Virus record (IMG/VR): IMGVR_UViG_3300038679_000217
Location: 1-46,628 of that record
Strand: one strand, 5' to 3'
DNA length: 46,628 nt
Source: a virus
Lineage: Duplodnaviria; Caudoviricetes
Part shown: in pieces, positions 44,952 through 46,628 of the stretch
How the letters are laid out: each line of letters starts with the position of its first letter
Numbering within the stretch: position 1 is the first letter of the stretch
The notes under the pieces: generated by a model
Databases searched by the model: none
What the model saw: the letters and a program-made list of their open reading frames with translations, nothing else
What the model was told of the DNA's origin: nothing
Position numbers and translations under genes: made by a program

Positions 44952-44980
44952 AAAAAAAAAGCCCAGCCAACCGGCCGGGC
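44952..44980 (-). terminator. Terminator
   Basis: GCCCGGCC-ggtt-GGCTGGGC followed by T9. Confidence 0.75.
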
Positions 44981-45000
44981 CACTCCCCATGTAAAAAATA

Positions 45001-46170
45001 TTATTTTTCGATAAACTTCCCACCACCATAATTGTAATGATGCACACTCCCTGGTTTGCCGTTGTGGGTATTTTCCCATACTTCTACGATAGTTTTATCT
45101 ACCCATATATGATAAGTTGAAATGTTTGTAAACTCATTGTTGTAAATCTTTGTCCCCTTTGCCGGGCCTAAAGATGGATAAGTATAACCTACCCCAACGC
45201 CACGGTCGCAGTCAACAAAAAGATTGTTATAAACCTCAATATCATTCGAGTAAGCCCCGCCTATCCTTATGGCCAGCGTTGAGCCTAAGAAGTGGTTTTG
45301 CCGCACCTTTATACCATTTCCCCGCTCTATATGCAGCGCACAAGTAACCGTATTATCATTCACAAAAGTGCAATACTCAATAATTCCCGTTGCATTGTCA
45401 GATGTACCGGCCCCGCTGTTAAGAATCATGATAAACTTGTTACCTGCGCCGTTGGTACGGTCAATGGTGGTATGATGCACCCAGAATCCGTTATAATTGC
45501 CATCCAGCTGAATGCCGTCTCCTGATGAGACTTTTTGATCTGAATTAACAAAGTATCGCCGGTTAATATCTGATATTTTGCAAATCCCGATCTCAATCCC
45601 AGGTATATTCGCAAAGTAAATTCCATCAAGGGCTACATTCTTAATTTCAGTATTAAGAATTTTAAGGTCTTTATTGTAGAAACCATAAATCCCAAAGCCT
45701 GCATTGTTGGTATTATGTGCATTATACAATAAGCAATTGTTCACTGTATTATTCTGACAATATTTAGAGGCAGTTCCAATCAGCCCGATCAGCGCATAGG
45801 CATTTTTATTGCCATCTATTTCAAAATTATCGATAAAGCAATTATCCGCCTCAACCCTGATGGCATAGCCTGATCCGGTATAGTTGAATTTTGCCCGGCT
45901 TATAAGGTTGTAGTATCTTGTCGATTTACCATAAGTTGCAATCGTCACATTCTTAACATTCACATAAATCTGCACGGAAGAACTGTAAACAGTTTCAACC
46001 TTCTGCAGGTATGTAAAACCAGCCTGAATCGTAAAATCCTGCCACGAATCGTATGGATTGTCGATTGACCCGTTTTGACCCGTTGCTGTGTTGGTAGGAT
46101 CAATGTAAATGGTTGCCGAAAATCCGGCAAATGTTGCCAGGATAATTAAAATTGTGAATAGGTTTTTCAT
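45001..46170 (-). CDS. Right-handed parallel beta-helix protein with signal peptide
   Basis: MKNLFTILIILATFAGFSA; YIDP..G.NGS..NPY; Asn-ladder repeats, DGIY, GDGIQL. Confidence 0.8.
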   Translation of the reverse strand: MKNLFTILIILATFAGFSATIYIDPTNTATGQNGSIDNPYDSWQDFTIQAGFTYLQKVETVYSSSVQIYVNVKNVTIATYGKSTRYYNLISRAKFNYTGSGYAIRVEADNCFIDNFEIDGNKNAYALIGLIGTASKYCQNNTVNNCLLYNAHNTNNAGFGIYGFYNKDLKILNTEIKNVALDGIYFANIPGIEIGICKISDINRRYFVNSDQKVSSGDGIQLDGNYNGFWVHHTTIDRTNGAGNKFIMILNSGAGTSDNATGIIEYCTFVNDNTVTCALHIERGNGIKVRQNHFLGSTLAIRIGGAYSNDIEVYNNLFVDCDRGVGVGYTYPSLGPAKGTKIYNNEFTNISTYHIWVDKTIVEVWENTHNGKPGSVHHYNYGGGKFIEK

Positions 46171-46190
46171 GATTTTTTTTGTTTGATGAG

Positions 46191-46226
46191 CAATATTAAA
46201 TCAATGAAAAAAAATCGCAAAGGACA
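46191..46226 (-). promoter_or_regulatory. Putative phage late promoter copy 7
   Basis: TGTCCTTT-N20-TAATATTG. Confidence 0.7.
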
Positions 46227-46260
46227 AAACAGCGTTGATTCAGAATGTTCTAAATGTGAA

Positions 46261-46404
46261 CTAAACAATTTGAATATGGTTAACTATCCATATTACGCCC
46301 GTTACTGTAAATAGCAGCAATCCGATTACTCCGCAAACAGCAAGTAATAAAGTAAGCCATACGTGCCAATCTTTTAATCCTTCAAGCGGGTTAAATCCAT
46401 TCAT
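46261..46404 (-). CDS. Small membrane protein (47 aa, below ORF-track cutoff)
   Basis: MNGFNPLEGLKDWHVWLTLLLAVCGVIGLLLFTVTGVIWIVNHIQIV; A-rich leader. Confidence 0.55.
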   Translation of the reverse strand: MNGFNPLEGLKDWHVWLTLLLAVCGVIGLLLFTVTGVIWIVNHIQIV

Positions 46405-46449
46405 AGTTTTGTAATTTTTTTGTGTAAAAAGTTCTCAAGTTGAACTATT

Positions 46450-46628
46450 TTACGGCAACAATGCAGCCATTCGATTCCAAACCTTGATTGCTCCTGCCTT
46501 ATTTGTGTGAACTCCGTCTGCTGTATCGGCTGCGGTGATCCAAGGATCGGTAAAGGTGTCCCAACAGGTCACATTTTGCGCCGCACACCCGGCCGCAATT
46601 GCCGTTCTGATATTACCTAATTGCACAA
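46450..46628 (-). CDS. SGNH/GDSL hydrolase-domain protein, C-terminal fragment (enters from right edge)
   Basis: ..WDTFTDPWITAADTADGVHTNKAGAIKVWNRMAALLP*; DGVH block-V motif. Confidence 0.7.
   Translation of the reverse strand, partial: VQLGNIRTAIAAGCAAQNVTCWDTFTDPWITAADTADGVHTNKAGAIKVWNRMAALLP

Larger units (their letters stand above)
1..46628. mobile_element. Temperate tailed phage (siphovirus-like) of a Bacteroidota host, near-complete, excised (attP) configuration
   Basis: Terminase, portal, S49 protease, capsid, tape measure, lysis, integrase, repressor and primase genes with no host housekeeping genes; no recognisable tail sheath; Bacteroidota-type TAnnTTTG promoters. Confidence 0.93.

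Noticed and set aside
717-45525. Numerous plus-strand ORFs antisense to long minus-strand genes
   Set aside because: Shadow frames of real genes; only cI and int are supported on +
33950-46628. Diversity-generating retroelement or invertible tail locus
   Set aside because: No reverse transcriptase, second recombinase or TR/VR pair seen within the window
1-46628. Stop-codon reassignment or terminal redundancy
   Set aside because: Genes are full length in the standard code with all three stops used; the two ends share no visible repeat

Overview
This window is most of the genome (open at both ends) of a temperate, probably non-contractile-tailed dsDNA phage of a Bacteroidota host. The host call rests on TAnnTTTG-type -7 promoters and Bacteroidales-like protein families. 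Nearly all genes are on the minus strand. An early/replication operon runs leftward from a cro/cI switch (31.5 kb): LuxR-HTH, HD hydrolase, initiator-type tRNA-Met, C5 and N6 methylases and primase-helicase, followed by an iteron-like ori at ~18.3-18.7 kb. Next come the head genes (S49 protease, major capsid), the packaging genes (PLD-like, terS, terL) and a hairpin-flanked ArdC/SymE cassette. Portal/neck genes, lysis genes (holin, M23, u-spanin) and a tail-fibre start reach the left edge. The tail module (tape measure, tail tip, fibres) lies at 34-46 kb. cI, an intact attP-like site (tRNA-Ser 3' end) and a tyrosine integrase are on the plus strand, so the sequence looks like excised/free phage. 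The strongest unexplained signals are: (1) seven copies of a fixed-spacing late promoter, GTCYTTT-N20-(-7 box); (2) a 21-nt hairpin present twice in the lytic early transcript and exactly antisense to the integrase leader; (3) a host-promoter ArdC/SymE cassette between terL and portal, bracketed by dense DNA hairpins; (4) a C4/CI-like three-box RNA switch at 33.8 kb. All product calls come from motif recognition only; no database search was run.
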